From: Polaromonas sp.
Lineage (GTDB): Bacteria; Pseudomonadota; Gammaproteobacteria; Burkholderiales; Burkholderiaceae_C
NCBI GenBank assembly: GCA_043778695.1
Contig: JAYWFR010000112.1
Coordinates: 1 to 62,176 of the forward strand
Reading direction: 5' to 3'
Length of the DNA stretch: 62,176 nucleotides
Position numbers and translations under genes: made by a program. Positions 46,831 to 55,784 of this stretch are shown here, piece by piece. Each line of letters begins with the position of its first letter. Position 1 is the stretch's first letter. Below the pieces are notes generated by a model. The model ran no database searches. It was not told the origin of the DNA and saw only the letters and a program-made list of their open reading frames with translations.

Positions 46831-47345
46831 CCCACAAACGCCAAACTGGTTTTACCCTGATCGAGCTGATGATTGTGGTGGCAGTGGTAGGCATTCTTGC
46901 CGCCATTGCTTACCCGTCATACAGCGAGTCAGTTCTCAAGGGCAAACGTGCGCAGGGGCGGACCGCTCTGGCCGAGCTGATGCAACAACAAGAGCGTTAC
47001 ATGACGCAAATGAACTGCTACCTAGCCTTCACGACCGCATTTAGCGGTGGCGTCGCAACGGCCACGGCTGTGGCTGGCGTGGCTCCGTGCGGCGCAGCAC
47101 CAAACTCAGTGCCATTTAAAGTCGCCTCCGGTGACAATGCCGCACCCGCCTACTACCTGAGTGCGGGTTCGTGCCCGGCTGCGAGCGGCGTCGTGTTAGC
47201 GTTGACCGAGTGCGTGCAACTCACGGCGACGCCGGTGGGGACTGACGGCCGGGTGGGCACGCTGAGCATCACCTCCGCGGGCAGCAAAACCTGCACCGCG
47301 CCATCCGGTGGTACGCAGCCGCCACAGGCAGTCTGCTGGCCATGA
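46827..47345 (+). CDS. pilE: Type IV minor pilin PilE
   Basis: G/FTLIELMIVVAVVGILAAIAYPSY, QER, CW terminus. Confidence 0.9.
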   Translation: MTHKRQTGFTLIELMIVVAVVGILAAIAYPSYSESVLKGKRAQGRTALAELMQQQERYMTQMNCYLAFTTAFSGGVATATAVAGVAPCGAAPNSVPFKVASGDNAAPAYYLSAGSCPAASGVVLALTECVQLTATPVGTDGRVGTLSITSAGSKTCTAPSGGTQPPQAVCWP

Positions 47346-47926
47346 CACAGGTTCAAGGCCGCCACAAGGGCTTCACACTTATCGAGCTGATGGTGACCAT
47401 CAGCATCGCGGCAGTTTTGATGATGATTGCCGTGCCAGATCTCACGTCGTTTAGAAGAAACGCCGAGCTAACGTCAGTAGCCAACAAATTCATCAATGCA
47501 GTCAACGCAGCCAGGGGCGAAGCCATGAAACGCGGCATGAACGCCATGGTGACACCACTGGACAACGGAGCAAGTTGGGGCGTTGGCTGGGCTGCATTCG
47601 TAGACAAAACTAGATTGCAAAGCTACAACTTAAGCCCCGACAGCGCAGTTGCCATCCAGGAAATGGTGCCGAGCGGCATCACAGTGACTGGCAACAGCAA
47701 CGCGGGCGGCGCAACGCCTTACATCATGTTTGACGCCTCAGGGTTTTCCAAGGCAAAAGCGGGTAATCCAGCAGCGCTTGCCGTGGAAATCAAAAGAAAT
47801 GATGTCAGCATTGCAGACCAGCCCAGTCAAACGCGCTACGTGATCATTTCAGTGACGGGCCGCGTTAGGGTGTGCAAGCCTGCCATGGCAAACGACCCCA
47901 CATGCAACATGACTTCGAACGACTGA
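47342..47926 (+). CDS. fimT: GspH/FimT family minor pilin
   Basis: G/FTLIELMV, AR.EAMKR, W..GW, GRVR. Confidence 0.85.
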   Translation: MTQVQGRHKGFTLIELMVTISIAAVLMMIAVPDLTSFRRNAELTSVANKFINAVNAARGEAMKRGMNAMVTPLDNGASWGVGWAAFVDKTRLQSYNLSPDSAVAIQEMVPSGITVTGNSNAGGATPYIMFDASGFSKAKAGNPAALAVEIKRNDVSIADQPSQTRYVIISVTGRVRVCKPAMANDPTCNMTSND

Positions 47927-47946
47927 CAACAGGTGCTTTGGGCGGT

Positions 47947-49050
47947 ATGTTGGTTACACAAACCATGGCCCAGGCAGTCCAACTGGCCAGTAGAGCGCGG
48001 GGAACATCGTGCCCCAACCCAGCGGTAGCTTGCTTATTGTTTGGGACCGACGGCACGGTTTTAGGCCAAGGCCACACCCAAGCTGCGGGCGGCCCGCACG
48101 CTGAAATCATGGCGCTGCGCGATGCAGCAGCCAGGGGGCATTCGGTCAGGGGCGCAACCGTTTACGTCACGCTGGAGCCCTGCAGTCACCACGGCCGCAC
48201 GCCGCCTTGTTGTGACGCGCTGATTGCCGCTGGCGTTAAAAAAGTGGTGGCGTCAATTGCTGACCCGAATCCGCTGGTGTCCGGCCGGGGCTTTGCGCGT
48301 TTGCGGGCTGCAGGTATTGAAGTAGAAGTGGGGCCCGGCGCGGCTGAATCGCGAGAGTTGAACATTGGCTTTTTCAGCCGCATGGTTCGCAAAATGCCTT
48401 GGGTGCGGATGAAGGTCGCGGCATCGCTTGACGGACAAACGGCGCTACTCAATGGCCAAAGCCAGTGGATCACCGGCGAGGCGGCGCGGGCTGATGGCCA
48501 TGGGTGGCGGGCGCGCAGTTGTGCCGTGCTGACAGGCATTGGCACGGTGCTGGCTGACAACCCGCGGCTGAATGTTCGATTGGTTGAAACCACCCGTCAG
48601 CCCCACATTGTGATTGTTGACAGCAAGCTTGAAACACCGCTAGACGCTCATATTTTAGGAGCTGGTCGCGCACGTTTCATATACGCTTCAGGCCGCAATG
48701 ATACTAAAAAAGCAGCTTTAGAAGCACTGGGAGTCACCGTCATTTACCTACCGGGCCAAAACGGCAAAGTTGACCTTCGCGCCATGCTGCACGACCTCGC
48801 GCGGCGTGAAGTCAATGAGCTGCACGTTGAGGCGGGGCATAAGCTCAATGGCTCGTTTATTCGAGAAGGTTTGGTTGACGAGCTGCTGGTGTACTTGGCG
48901 CCGAAGCTTTTGGGCATGGGGCAAGGTGTGGCTAGCTTTGGGCCGCTACAAAGTTTGCTTGATGCAACCGAATTGAAGTTTATGTCGACCGAAATGGTTG
49001 GCAGCGACTTGCGCATACGCGCACGCGTGAGCGGGCACGACCAGTTTTAA
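47947..49050 (+). CDS. ribD: Riboflavin biosynthesis deaminase/reductase
   Basis: PNP.V, HAE, TLEPCSHHGRTPPC, SLDG, SQWIT. Confidence 0.94.
   Translation: MLVTQTMAQAVQLASRARGTSCPNPAVACLLFGTDGTVLGQGHTQAAGGPHAEIMALRDAAARGHSVRGATVYVTLEPCSHHGRTPPCCDALIAAGVKKVVASIADPNPLVSGRGFARLRAAGIEVEVGPGAAESRELNIGFFSRMVRKMPWVRMKVAASLDGQTALLNGQSQWITGEAARADGHGWRARSCAVLTGIGTVLADNPRLNVRLVETTRQPHIVIVDSKLETPLDAHILGAGRARFIYASGRNDTKKAALEALGVTVIYLPGQNGKVDLRAMLHDLARREVNELHVEAGHKLNGSFIREGLVDELLVYLAPKLLGMGQGVASFGPLQSLLDATELKFMSTEMVGSDLRIRARVSGHDQF
48646..48688 (+). repeat. Element A copy inside ribD
   Basis: GCTCA-N7-GGAGC-TGG-TCGCGC-N11-ACGCTT plus A/T tail. Confidence 0.7.
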
Positions 49051-49127
49051 AGACAATAAAACCGTTGTGATCGGCTGTTAATTGAGCCTTAGACCGAATC
49101 GGCTCGAATCCCTGCGAAAATATCGAC

Positions 49128-49772
49128 ATGTTTACCGGAATCATCACCGGCGTGGGGCGCATCGTCGCCGTTCACAGCCTGGGCAACACTTCACACCACG
49201 GCAAGCGGCTCACCATTGAGACGCCCCCGGCTTACCTCAACGACGTCGGTTTGGGCGACAGCATTGCCATCAACGGCGCCTGCATGACGGCCGTCAGCAT
49301 TGATGCAGCGCTTAACCAGTTTGCGATTGATATATCGGCTGAGTCGCTTGACAAGACCGGCGGCTTGGCAGAGCTTGGCACCGTCAATTTAGAAAAAGCC
49401 CTTCGCGCCAACGACAGGTTAGGTGGGCACATCGTGTCGGGCCACGTTGACGGGATTGGGCACGTGGCTTACTTTGCTGAGGTGGGCGAGAGCTGGGAGT
49501 TGCGTATCAAAGCACCCCAAACACTGGCCAAATACATGGCGTACAAAGGCTCCATCACAGTCAACGGCGTGAGCTTGACGGTGAACAAGGTACGCGATCT
49601 GGCTGATGGCGCGGACTGCGAAATCAGCATCAACATCATTCCTCACACCATTGACAAGACCGCGCTTGGCAGCTTGAAAGCTGGCAGCGCCGTTAACCTG
49701 GAAATTGACACAGTCGCGCGCTACGTAGAGCGTATGCTGTCGCTTGAAAGCATAAAAAATGACCGTTCTTGA
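49128..49772 (+). CDS. ribE: Riboflavin synthase (alpha chain)
   Basis: MFTGII, GDSIAINGAC, GGHIVSGHVDG. Confidence 0.94.
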   Translation: MFTGIITGVGRIVAVHSLGNTSHHGKRLTIETPPAYLNDVGLGDSIAINGACMTAVSIDAALNQFAIDISAESLDKTGGLAELGTVNLEKALRANDRLGGHIVSGHVDGIGHVAYFAEVGESWELRIKAPQTLAKYMAYKGSITVNGVSLTVNKVRDLADGADCEISINIIPHTIDKTALGSLKAGSAVNLEIDTVARYVERMLSLESIKNDRS

Positions 49773-50874
49773 GACCGTTTCAATTTCTCCCGTCGAGGAC
49801 ATCGTGGCCGACATGCGCGCGGGGAAAATAGTCGTTTTGATTGACGAAGAGGACCGTGAAAACGAGGGCGATCTGGTCTTGGCAGCTGACCACGTGACGG
49901 CTGAAGCGATTAACTTCATGGCCCGCTTTGGCCGCGGTTTGATCTGTCTGACGCTGACCCGCGAGCGTTGTGAGCGCCTTGAGTTGCCGCCGATGGTGAC
50001 GCGCAACGGCGGCAAGTATTCCACTGCGTTTACAGTGTCAATTGAAGCAGCCGAGGGTGTCACTACCGGCATATCAGCCGCAGACCGCGCCCGCACTGTG
50101 CAAGCAGCGGTTGCTAAGAACGCAGCCGCCAGTGACCTGGTGCAACCCGGCCACATCTTCCCGCTGCAAGCTGTTGACGGTGGTGTTCTGATGCGGGCTG
50201 GCCACACCGAAGCCGGTTGCGATTTAGCGGCGATGGCCGGTTGCTCGCCAGCGTCGGTGATCTGCGAGATCATGAACGACGACGGCACAATGGCGCGGCT
50301 GCCTGACTTGCTGCTGTTTGCAGCTGTTCACGGCTTGAAGATTGGCACGATTGCCGCGCTGATTGAACACCGCAGTCGCAACGAGTCGTTGATTGAAAAA
50401 ATCGGCAGCCGTACCCTGAATACAGCCTTTGGTGAATTCACAGCCCACGCCTTCAAAGACAAACCCAGCCAGGGCCTGCACCTGGCACTTAGCAAAGGCC
50501 AATGGGAAGCCAGCGAGGCCGTGGCGGCGCGAGTGCATGAACCGCTGTCGGTGCTCGATGCATTGGAAGCTGGCCGCGGCATGCATTCTTGGAACCTGGA
50601 CGAGAGCCTGAAATACGTGGCAAACGCTGGCAAGGGGGTTGTCGTGCTGCTCAATTGCGGTGAAAGCGCCGCTCAATTGCTGGCCCAGTTTGAAGGCACA
50701 GCACGCGCTAGCCAAGCACCAGAGCGTGGCCGCATGGACTTGCGAACTTATGGCATTGGGGCGCAAATTTTGCGCGCTTGTGGCGTGCAAAAAATGAACC
50801 TGCTCGGCAACCCCAGGCGTATGCCCAGCATGATGGGATACGGCCTGGAAACCGCTAGCTACATCACCAAATAA
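49759..50874 (+). CDS. ribB: DHBP synthase with degenerate GTP cyclohydrolase II domain (RibBX-like)
   Basis: DRENEGD, TTGISAADR, RAGHTEA; C-terminal domain reads RVHEP and lacks the Zn cysteines. Confidence 0.88.
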   Translation: MTVLETVSISPVEDIVADMRAGKIVVLIDEEDRENEGDLVLAADHVTAEAINFMARFGRGLICLTLTRERCERLELPPMVTRNGGKYSTAFTVSIEAAEGVTTGISAADRARTVQAAVAKNAAASDLVQPGHIFPLQAVDGGVLMRAGHTEAGCDLAAMAGCSPASVICEIMNDDGTMARLPDLLLFAAVHGLKIGTIAALIEHRSRNESLIEKIGSRTLNTAFGEFTAHAFKDKPSQGLHLALSKGQWEASEAVAARVHEPLSVLDALEAGRGMHSWNLDESLKYVANAGKGVVVLLNCGESAAQLLAQFEGTARASQAPERGRMDLRTYGIGAQILRACGVQKMNLLGNPRRMPSMMGYGLETASYITK

Positions 50875-50907
50875 CTCAATAAAAAAACGACGCAAGGGGA
50901 AAACAAC

Positions 50908-51372
50908 ATGTTCGGTGCAGACAAGGGAACAGCCAACAAGCTAGACGGCAAAAAATTGGTTATTGGCATTGTGCAGGCACGCTTCAACGAAGGCGTGACC
51001 AATGCCCTGGCCAGCGCCTGCTTGAACGAGCTTGCTGCATTGGGTGTGGAAAGCAAGCACATCACCCACGTCAAAGTACCGGGCGCTTTGGAAGTGGCCA
51101 GTGCCTTGCAAGCCATGGCTGAAAGCAATCGCTACGACGCGTTGATTGCACTGGGCTGCATCATTCGCGGTGAGACCTATCACTTTGAGCTGGTTGCCAA
51201 CGAAAGCGGCGCAGCCGTGACGCGCGTGGCGTTGGACTACCAATTGCCAATAGCCAACGCAATTTTGACGCTTGAGACCGCCGCCCAAGCCCAAACGCGG
51301 CAAACTGAAAAAGGCCTTGATGCCGCGCGCGTTGCGGTTGAAATGGCTAATTTGCTGGATGAGCTGGCTTGA
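50908..51372 (+). CDS. ribH: 6,7-dimethyl-8-ribityllumazine synthase
   Basis: [19 protein letters not shown]. Confidence 0.95.
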   Translation: MFGADKGTANKLDGKKLVIGIVQARFNEGVTNALASACLNELAALGVESKHITHVKVPGALEVASALQAMAESNRYDALIALGCIIRGETYHFELVANESGAAVTRVALDYQLPIANAILTLETAAQAQTRQTEKGLDAARVAVEMANLLDELA

Positions 51373-51385
51373 ACCTGCCAACACC

Positions 51386-51928
51386 ATGACCGATATAAAA
51401 ACCACAAAACCACCGCTGACAGCCAAGTCCAGGCGTCCGCCACAAACTCGAACCGGACTGACCGATACCGGCGTTAAAAAAGCCGCTGACAAATCAGCCC
51501 GCACAAGAGCCCGTGAATTTGCCATGCAGGCGCTGTATCAGCACTTTGTGGGCCGCAATGCAGCAGATTCGATCGACATGTTCACCCGTGACTTGGTGGG
51601 CTTTCACAAAGCCGATTCAGCCCACTACGACGCGCTGCTGCACGGCTGTATTGAACAAGCCCCGCAACTTGATGCCGCCATTACCCCGCTGCTTGACCGG
51701 CCGTTGGCCGAGATATCGCCGGTCGAGCATTCGGTGCTGTGGATAGGCGCTTATGAGCTGAAGAACTGCCTGGACGTACCGTGGCGCGTGGTGCTCAATG
51801 AATGCATTGAACTGGCCAAAGCTTTTGGCGGCACTGATGGACACAAGTATGTCAACGGGGTGCTGAACAAATTGGCACCCAGCCTGCGTGCCAACGAAGT
51901 CGCTAACGATGCAGCCAAACAGCGCTAA
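51386..51928 (+). CDS. nusB: Transcription antitermination factor
   Basis: [33 protein letters not shown]. Confidence 0.94.
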   Translation: MTDIKTTKPPLTAKSRRPPQTRTGLTDTGVKKAADKSARTRAREFAMQALYQHFVGRNAADSIDMFTRDLVGFHKADSAHYDALLHGCIEQAPQLDAAITPLLDRPLAEISPVEHSVLWIGAYELKNCLDVPWRVVLNECIELAKAFGGTDGHKYVNGVLNKLAPSLRANEVANDAAKQR

Positions 51929-51946
51929 GCCCGTCACTATGAGGCC

Positions 51947-53170
51947 ATGACCCTGCGAATAAGCCAGCGCGCCCAGCGCATTGAACCGTTTTACGTGTTG
52001 GAAGTGGCCAAGGCGGCGGCCACCCTGGCCAAAGAATTTGCGCACACTGACAAGCCAATGATTTTTTTAAACATTGGTGAGCCAGACTTTACCGCGCCAC
52101 CCCTCGTGCAAGCCGCCGCTAGTAAAGCAATAGCGAACGGCGCAACCCAGTACACCCAAGCCACAGGTTTGCCAGAGCTGCGCGAAAAAATCAGCGCTTG
52201 GTATGCGTCACGTTTCAATGTCAACATTGCACCCAGCCGCATTGTGCTGACAGCCGGCGCATCGGCAGCGCTGCAATTGGCCTGCTTGGCGTTGATTGAA
52301 GCAGGCGACGAGATGCTGATGCCCGACCCCAGCTACCCCTGCAACCGGCATTTTGTTGGCGCTGCTGAAGGCAAGGCGGTGCTGATACCCACGACGGCTG
52401 ATGAGCGCTTTCAATTAACCCGCACCCAGGTTGAAACCGCTTGGGGCGAGCGCACGCGCGGGGTTTTACTCGCGTCACCGTCTAATCCCACAGGCACATC
52501 AATTGCGCCAGACGAATTGCAACGCATCGCGGAGTTTGTTCATTCGCGTGGCGGCATCACCATGATTGATGAGATTTACCTCGGACTGAGTTACGAAGAA
52601 CGATTTGGCCGCACCGCTTTAGCCATGCCGGGCGGAAATGACAAAACACCTAACGGCGTGGACCAAACCATCATCAGCATCAACAGCTTTAGCAAATACT
52701 TCAACATGACTGGCTGGCGGCTAGGCTGGCTGGTGGTGCCCGAGGCGCTGGTGCCGGTGATTGAACGCATCGCGCAAAACCTGTTCATTTGCCCCAGCAC
52801 GATAGCCCAGCACGCAGCGCTGGCTTGTTTTGAGCCGGACAGCCTGGCCGAATACGAGCGCCGCCGCAGCGAATTTAAAGCTCGGCGTGACTACTTTATT
52901 CCTGAACTCAATCGCTTGGGTTTGACGGTACCGGTGCTGCCTGACGGCGCTTTTTATGCATATGCGGATTGCTCAAAACTCGCAGCGAAGTGGGGCTTGG
53001 CAGGCAGCTGGGAATTTGCGTTTGAACTGATGAAGCGTGCGCACCTGGCTGTGACGCCGGGACGAGACTTTGGCAGCAGCGCGCCTGAGCAATACGTGCG
53101 CTTTGCAACCGCCAGCTCGATGGCGCATTTGCAAGAAGCCATTGCCCGGCTGGAGTCAGTTTTTGCGTAG
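51947..53170 (+). CDS. PLP-dependent aminotransferase class I/II
   Basis: IGEPDF, SPSNPTG, DEIY, SFSKYFNMTGWRLG. Confidence 0.92.
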   Translation: MTLRISQRAQRIEPFYVLEVAKAAATLAKEFAHTDKPMIFLNIGEPDFTAPPLVQAAASKAIANGATQYTQATGLPELREKISAWYASRFNVNIAPSRIVLTAGASAALQLACLALIEAGDEMLMPDPSYPCNRHFVGAAEGKAVLIPTTADERFQLTRTQVETAWGERTRGVLLASPSNPTGTSIAPDELQRIAEFVHSRGGITMIDEIYLGLSYEERFGRTALAMPGGNDKTPNGVDQTIISINSFSKYFNMTGWRLGWLVVPEALVPVIERIAQNLFICPSTIAQHAALACFEPDSLAEYERRRSEFKARRDYFIPELNRLGLTVPVLPDGAFYAYADCSKLAAKWGLAGSWEFAFELMKRAHLAVTPGRDFGSSAPEQYVRFATASSMAHLQEAIARLESVFA

Positions 53171-53195
53171 CCAAAAACTAAGCAATGGAAGTGCG

Positions 53196-53693
53196 TTGAC
53201 CAAGCAGGGGCCGCGGGACTGGCTTGGCCAGACCGCAGGCGCAGCGGCCCCCTCGGGGGGCAGAGCAGTACACGCAGTGACAAACGTGGGGGCAATATTC
53301 CATTGGCCAATCCGTGTGTATTGGGAAGACACCGACGCAGGCGGCATTGTTTTTTACGCGAATTACTTGAAATTTTTTGAACGCGCGCGCACTGAATGGC
53401 TCAGGTCACTGGGTGTCGAACAACAGCAGCTTAAAGACGCAACCGGCGGCATGTTTGTGGTGGCCGAAACCAGCATTCGCTACCTGCGCCCTGCCCGGCT
53501 GGACGATGAACTCATTGTTACGGCAAGCCTTAGTGAAAGTGGCCGTGCGTCCATGACAATCTGGCAACAAGTGCTGTTAAGAGAATCGCTAATTTGCGAA
53601 GGCAAAATCCGCATCGGTTGGGTAAATACCGACACCATGCAAGCCGCACGAATCCCGCAAAACATCATCGAAAGATTAAGAGTCAAGCCATGA
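53196..53693 (+). CDS. ybgC: Tol-pal-associated acyl-CoA thioesterase
   Basis: RVYWEDTDAGGIVFYANYLKFFERART; start uncertain (TTG 53196, GTG 53277 or GTG 53286) because a repeat occupies the 5' end. Confidence 0.88.
   Translation: MTKQGPRDWLGQTAGAAAPSGGRAVHAVTNVGAIFHWPIRVYWEDTDAGGIVFYANYLKFFERARTEWLRSLGVEQQQLKDATGGMFVVAETSIRYLRPARLDDELIVTASLSESGRASMTIWQQVLLRESLICEGKIRIGWVNTDTMQAARIPQNIIERLRVKP
53205..53295 (-). repeat. Family B palindromic repeat at the ybgC 5' end
   Basis: Minus strand GCCCCCACGTTTGTCACTGCGTGTACTGCTCTGCCCCCCGAGGGGGCCGC... Confidence 0.78.
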
Positions 53694-54382
53694 ACCAAGA
53701 CCTGTCGATTGTTAACCTGATTCTTCACGCCAGTTGGGTGGTGCAAGGTGTGGTGGCGCTGCTAGTCGGCGTGTCGATCGCCAGTTGGGCAGCCATCATT
53801 CGCAAAATTACAGCACTTAAAAAAGTACAACGCCTTAATGACGCGTTTGACCGTGAGTTTTGGTCAGGCACCAGCTTGAACGACCTGAACGCCAGCGCCG
53901 CACAAAATGCCAAACACTCAGGCTCGATGGAACGCATTTTTGCCAGCGGTATGCGGGAGTTTCAAAAACTCCGCGAGCGCCGCATCACTGACGCTGGCAC
54001 GCTGATGGACGGCGCACGCCGCGCCATGCGTGCCAGTTACCAGCGCGAGGTAGATGCGATTGAAACCAACTTGTCGTTTTTAGCCACCGTTGGCTCGGTG
54101 TCGCCCTACGTCGGCTTGTTTGGCACCGTGTGGGGCATCATGCATGCCTTTACCGGCCTGGCGGCGCTGGAACAAGTCACGCTGGCCAGCGTAGCGCCAG
54201 GTATTGCTGAGGCGCTGGTGGCCACCGCCATCGGCCTTTTCGCCGCCATTCCGGCAGTGGTGGCGTATAACCGCTTTGCGCACGACATTGACCGCATCGC
54301 CAACAAGCTGGAAACTTTTATTGAAGAGTTTTCTAATATTTTGCAGCGCAACCTCGGTGCACAGTCACCTTCTGGACACTAG
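53690..54382 (+). CDS. tolQ: TolQ
   Basis: SPYVGLFGTVWGIM, VAPGIAEALVATA.GL.AAIPA. Confidence 0.95.
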   Translation: MNQDLSIVNLILHASWVVQGVVALLVGVSIASWAAIIRKITALKKVQRLNDAFDREFWSGTSLNDLNASAAQNAKHSGSMERIFASGMREFQKLRERRITDAGTLMDGARRAMRASYQREVDAIETNLSFLATVGSVSPYVGLFGTVWGIMHAFTGLAALEQVTLASVAPGIAEALVATAIGLFAAIPAVVAYNRFAHDIDRIANKLETFIEEFSNILQRNLGAQSPSGH

Positions 54383-54384
54383 CC

Positions 54385-54819
54385 ATGCCGGCCATCAATT
54401 CGCGAGGTCACGGCCGCCGCACCATCAGTGAAATCAACATGGTGCCCTTCATTGACGTGATGCTGGTGCTGCTGATTATTTTTATGGTGACAGCGCCGCT
54501 CATCACGCCCAGCATGATTGCCCTGCCAAAAGTCGGCAAGGCGGCTGCGCAGCCCGCCAGCCCGGTACAAATCGTGATCGGCAAGGACGAGGCGATTCAG
54601 ATCAAAGTCAAGAATGATTCGCGGCCTAGCAATGTCGCGACCGTAGCAGCAGACATTGTGAAGCTGGAGCCCAAGGTAAAAATGGCCGCTCTTGAGGCAG
54701 TTCCTGTCGTCATCAGCGCTGACAAGTCCATCAAATACGAAACCGTGGTCAAGGTGATGGACACGCTGCAAAAAGCCGGTGTGTCGCGCGTTGGGTTGTC
54801 GGTGCAAACGGGTAAGTAA
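54385..54819 (+). CDS. tolR: TolR
   Basis: EINMVPFIDVMLVLLIIFMVTAP, ADK. Confidence 0.93.
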   Translation: MPAINSRGHGRRTISEINMVPFIDVMLVLLIIFMVTAPLITPSMIALPKVGKAAAQPASPVQIVIGKDEAIQIKVKNDSRPSNVATVAADIVKLEPKVKMAALEAVPVVISADKSIKYETVVKVMDTLQKAGVSRVGLSVQTGK

Positions 54820-54822
54820 ATT

Positions 54823-55680
54823 TTGCCCAGTGCCTTAGATCGCAGTGACTTTGGCCCGCCGCGTGATGCCGGAGCGATCCGCTCGTTCGGTTTGGCGCTA
54901 CTGGTGCATGCAGCACTGATTGCTGCATTGACCTGGGGCGTGAATTGGAAGCGAAGCGATCCGTCAGTTGCGTTTGAAGCCGAGCTGTGGTCTAACGTAC
55001 AGCAAGAAGCAGCGCCCAAGTTGATTGAAGTGTCACCTGCGCCGCCGCCGCCAGCAGAACCAGCACCAAAAGCACAACCAGTAGCGCCACCAGAACCGCA
55101 AGTTGACATTGCGCTAAGCCAAGAAAAAAAGCGCAAACTGCAAGAGCAACAAAAACTGCGGGATGCCGCTGAAGCCAAGGCTGATGCACTTGCTGAAAAA
55201 GAGCGCAAGCTCAAGCAAGAACAGGCAAAAATAAAAGCTGCCGAAGACATCAAAAAAGCGGAAATTAAAAAGCAGGCAGTCAAAGAGCAAGCAACAGCGG
55301 CGGCATCACAAGAGCAGCGCAAGCAAAACATTGCACGCAGCATGGGCCTGGCGGGCGCGACGGGCGGCGAGGCGGCAAAGGGCTCAGCGCTGACGTCCAG
55401 CGGACCATCAGCCAGCTACAAAAGCAAGCTGGCAGCGCTGTTTAAACGCAACATCACCTTTTCAAACGTCGACAGCATTCAGGGCAACCCGCGCGCCATT
55501 GTGCAAGTCAAAGTCTCCTCGTCTGGGCTCATCATGAGTTCACGACTGACCAAGTCAAGCGGCATTCCCGCTTGGGATGAAGCGGTGCTGCGTGCCGTTG
55601 AAAAAGCAGAGCGCATCCCTACAGATGAGAATGGGAAAGTCGTGACAGACTTTCCGGTTGAGTTTGGCCCAAAAGATTGA
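54823..55680 (+). CDS. tolA: TolA
   Basis: TM helix with H, Pro-rich and K/E/A-rich stalk, SSG...WDEAV C-terminal domain; follows tolQR. Confidence 0.88.
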   Translation: MPSALDRSDFGPPRDAGAIRSFGLALLVHAALIAALTWGVNWKRSDPSVAFEAELWSNVQQEAAPKLIEVSPAPPPPAEPAPKAQPVAPPEPQVDIALSQEKKRKLQEQQKLRDAAEAKADALAEKERKLKQEQAKIKAAEDIKKAEIKKQAVKEQATAAASQEQRKQNIARSMGLAGATGGEAAKGSALTSSGPSASYKSKLAALFKRNITFSNVDSIQGNPRAIVQVKVSSSGLIMSSRLTKSSGIPAWDEAVLRAVEKAERIPTDENGKVVTDFPVEFGPKD

Positions 55681-55681
55681 T

Positions 55682-55724
55682 GCTATTCATTCAATAGCTG
55701 CTAGCGCTCTAATTACCTGGGCTG
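55682..55724 (+). repeat. Element A copy
   Basis: GCTAT-N7-ATAGC-TGC-TAGCGC-N11-GGGCTG. Confidence 0.88.
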
Positions 55725-55784
55725 CAACGCAATATTGATACCAAATAAAATTTTGGTCGCTGCCAGCCATCGCTACAGCGAAAG

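Noticed and set aside
47880-47946. FMN riboswitch upstream of the rib genes
   Set aside because: There is no intergenic room and no recognisable RFN consensus before ribD or ribE.
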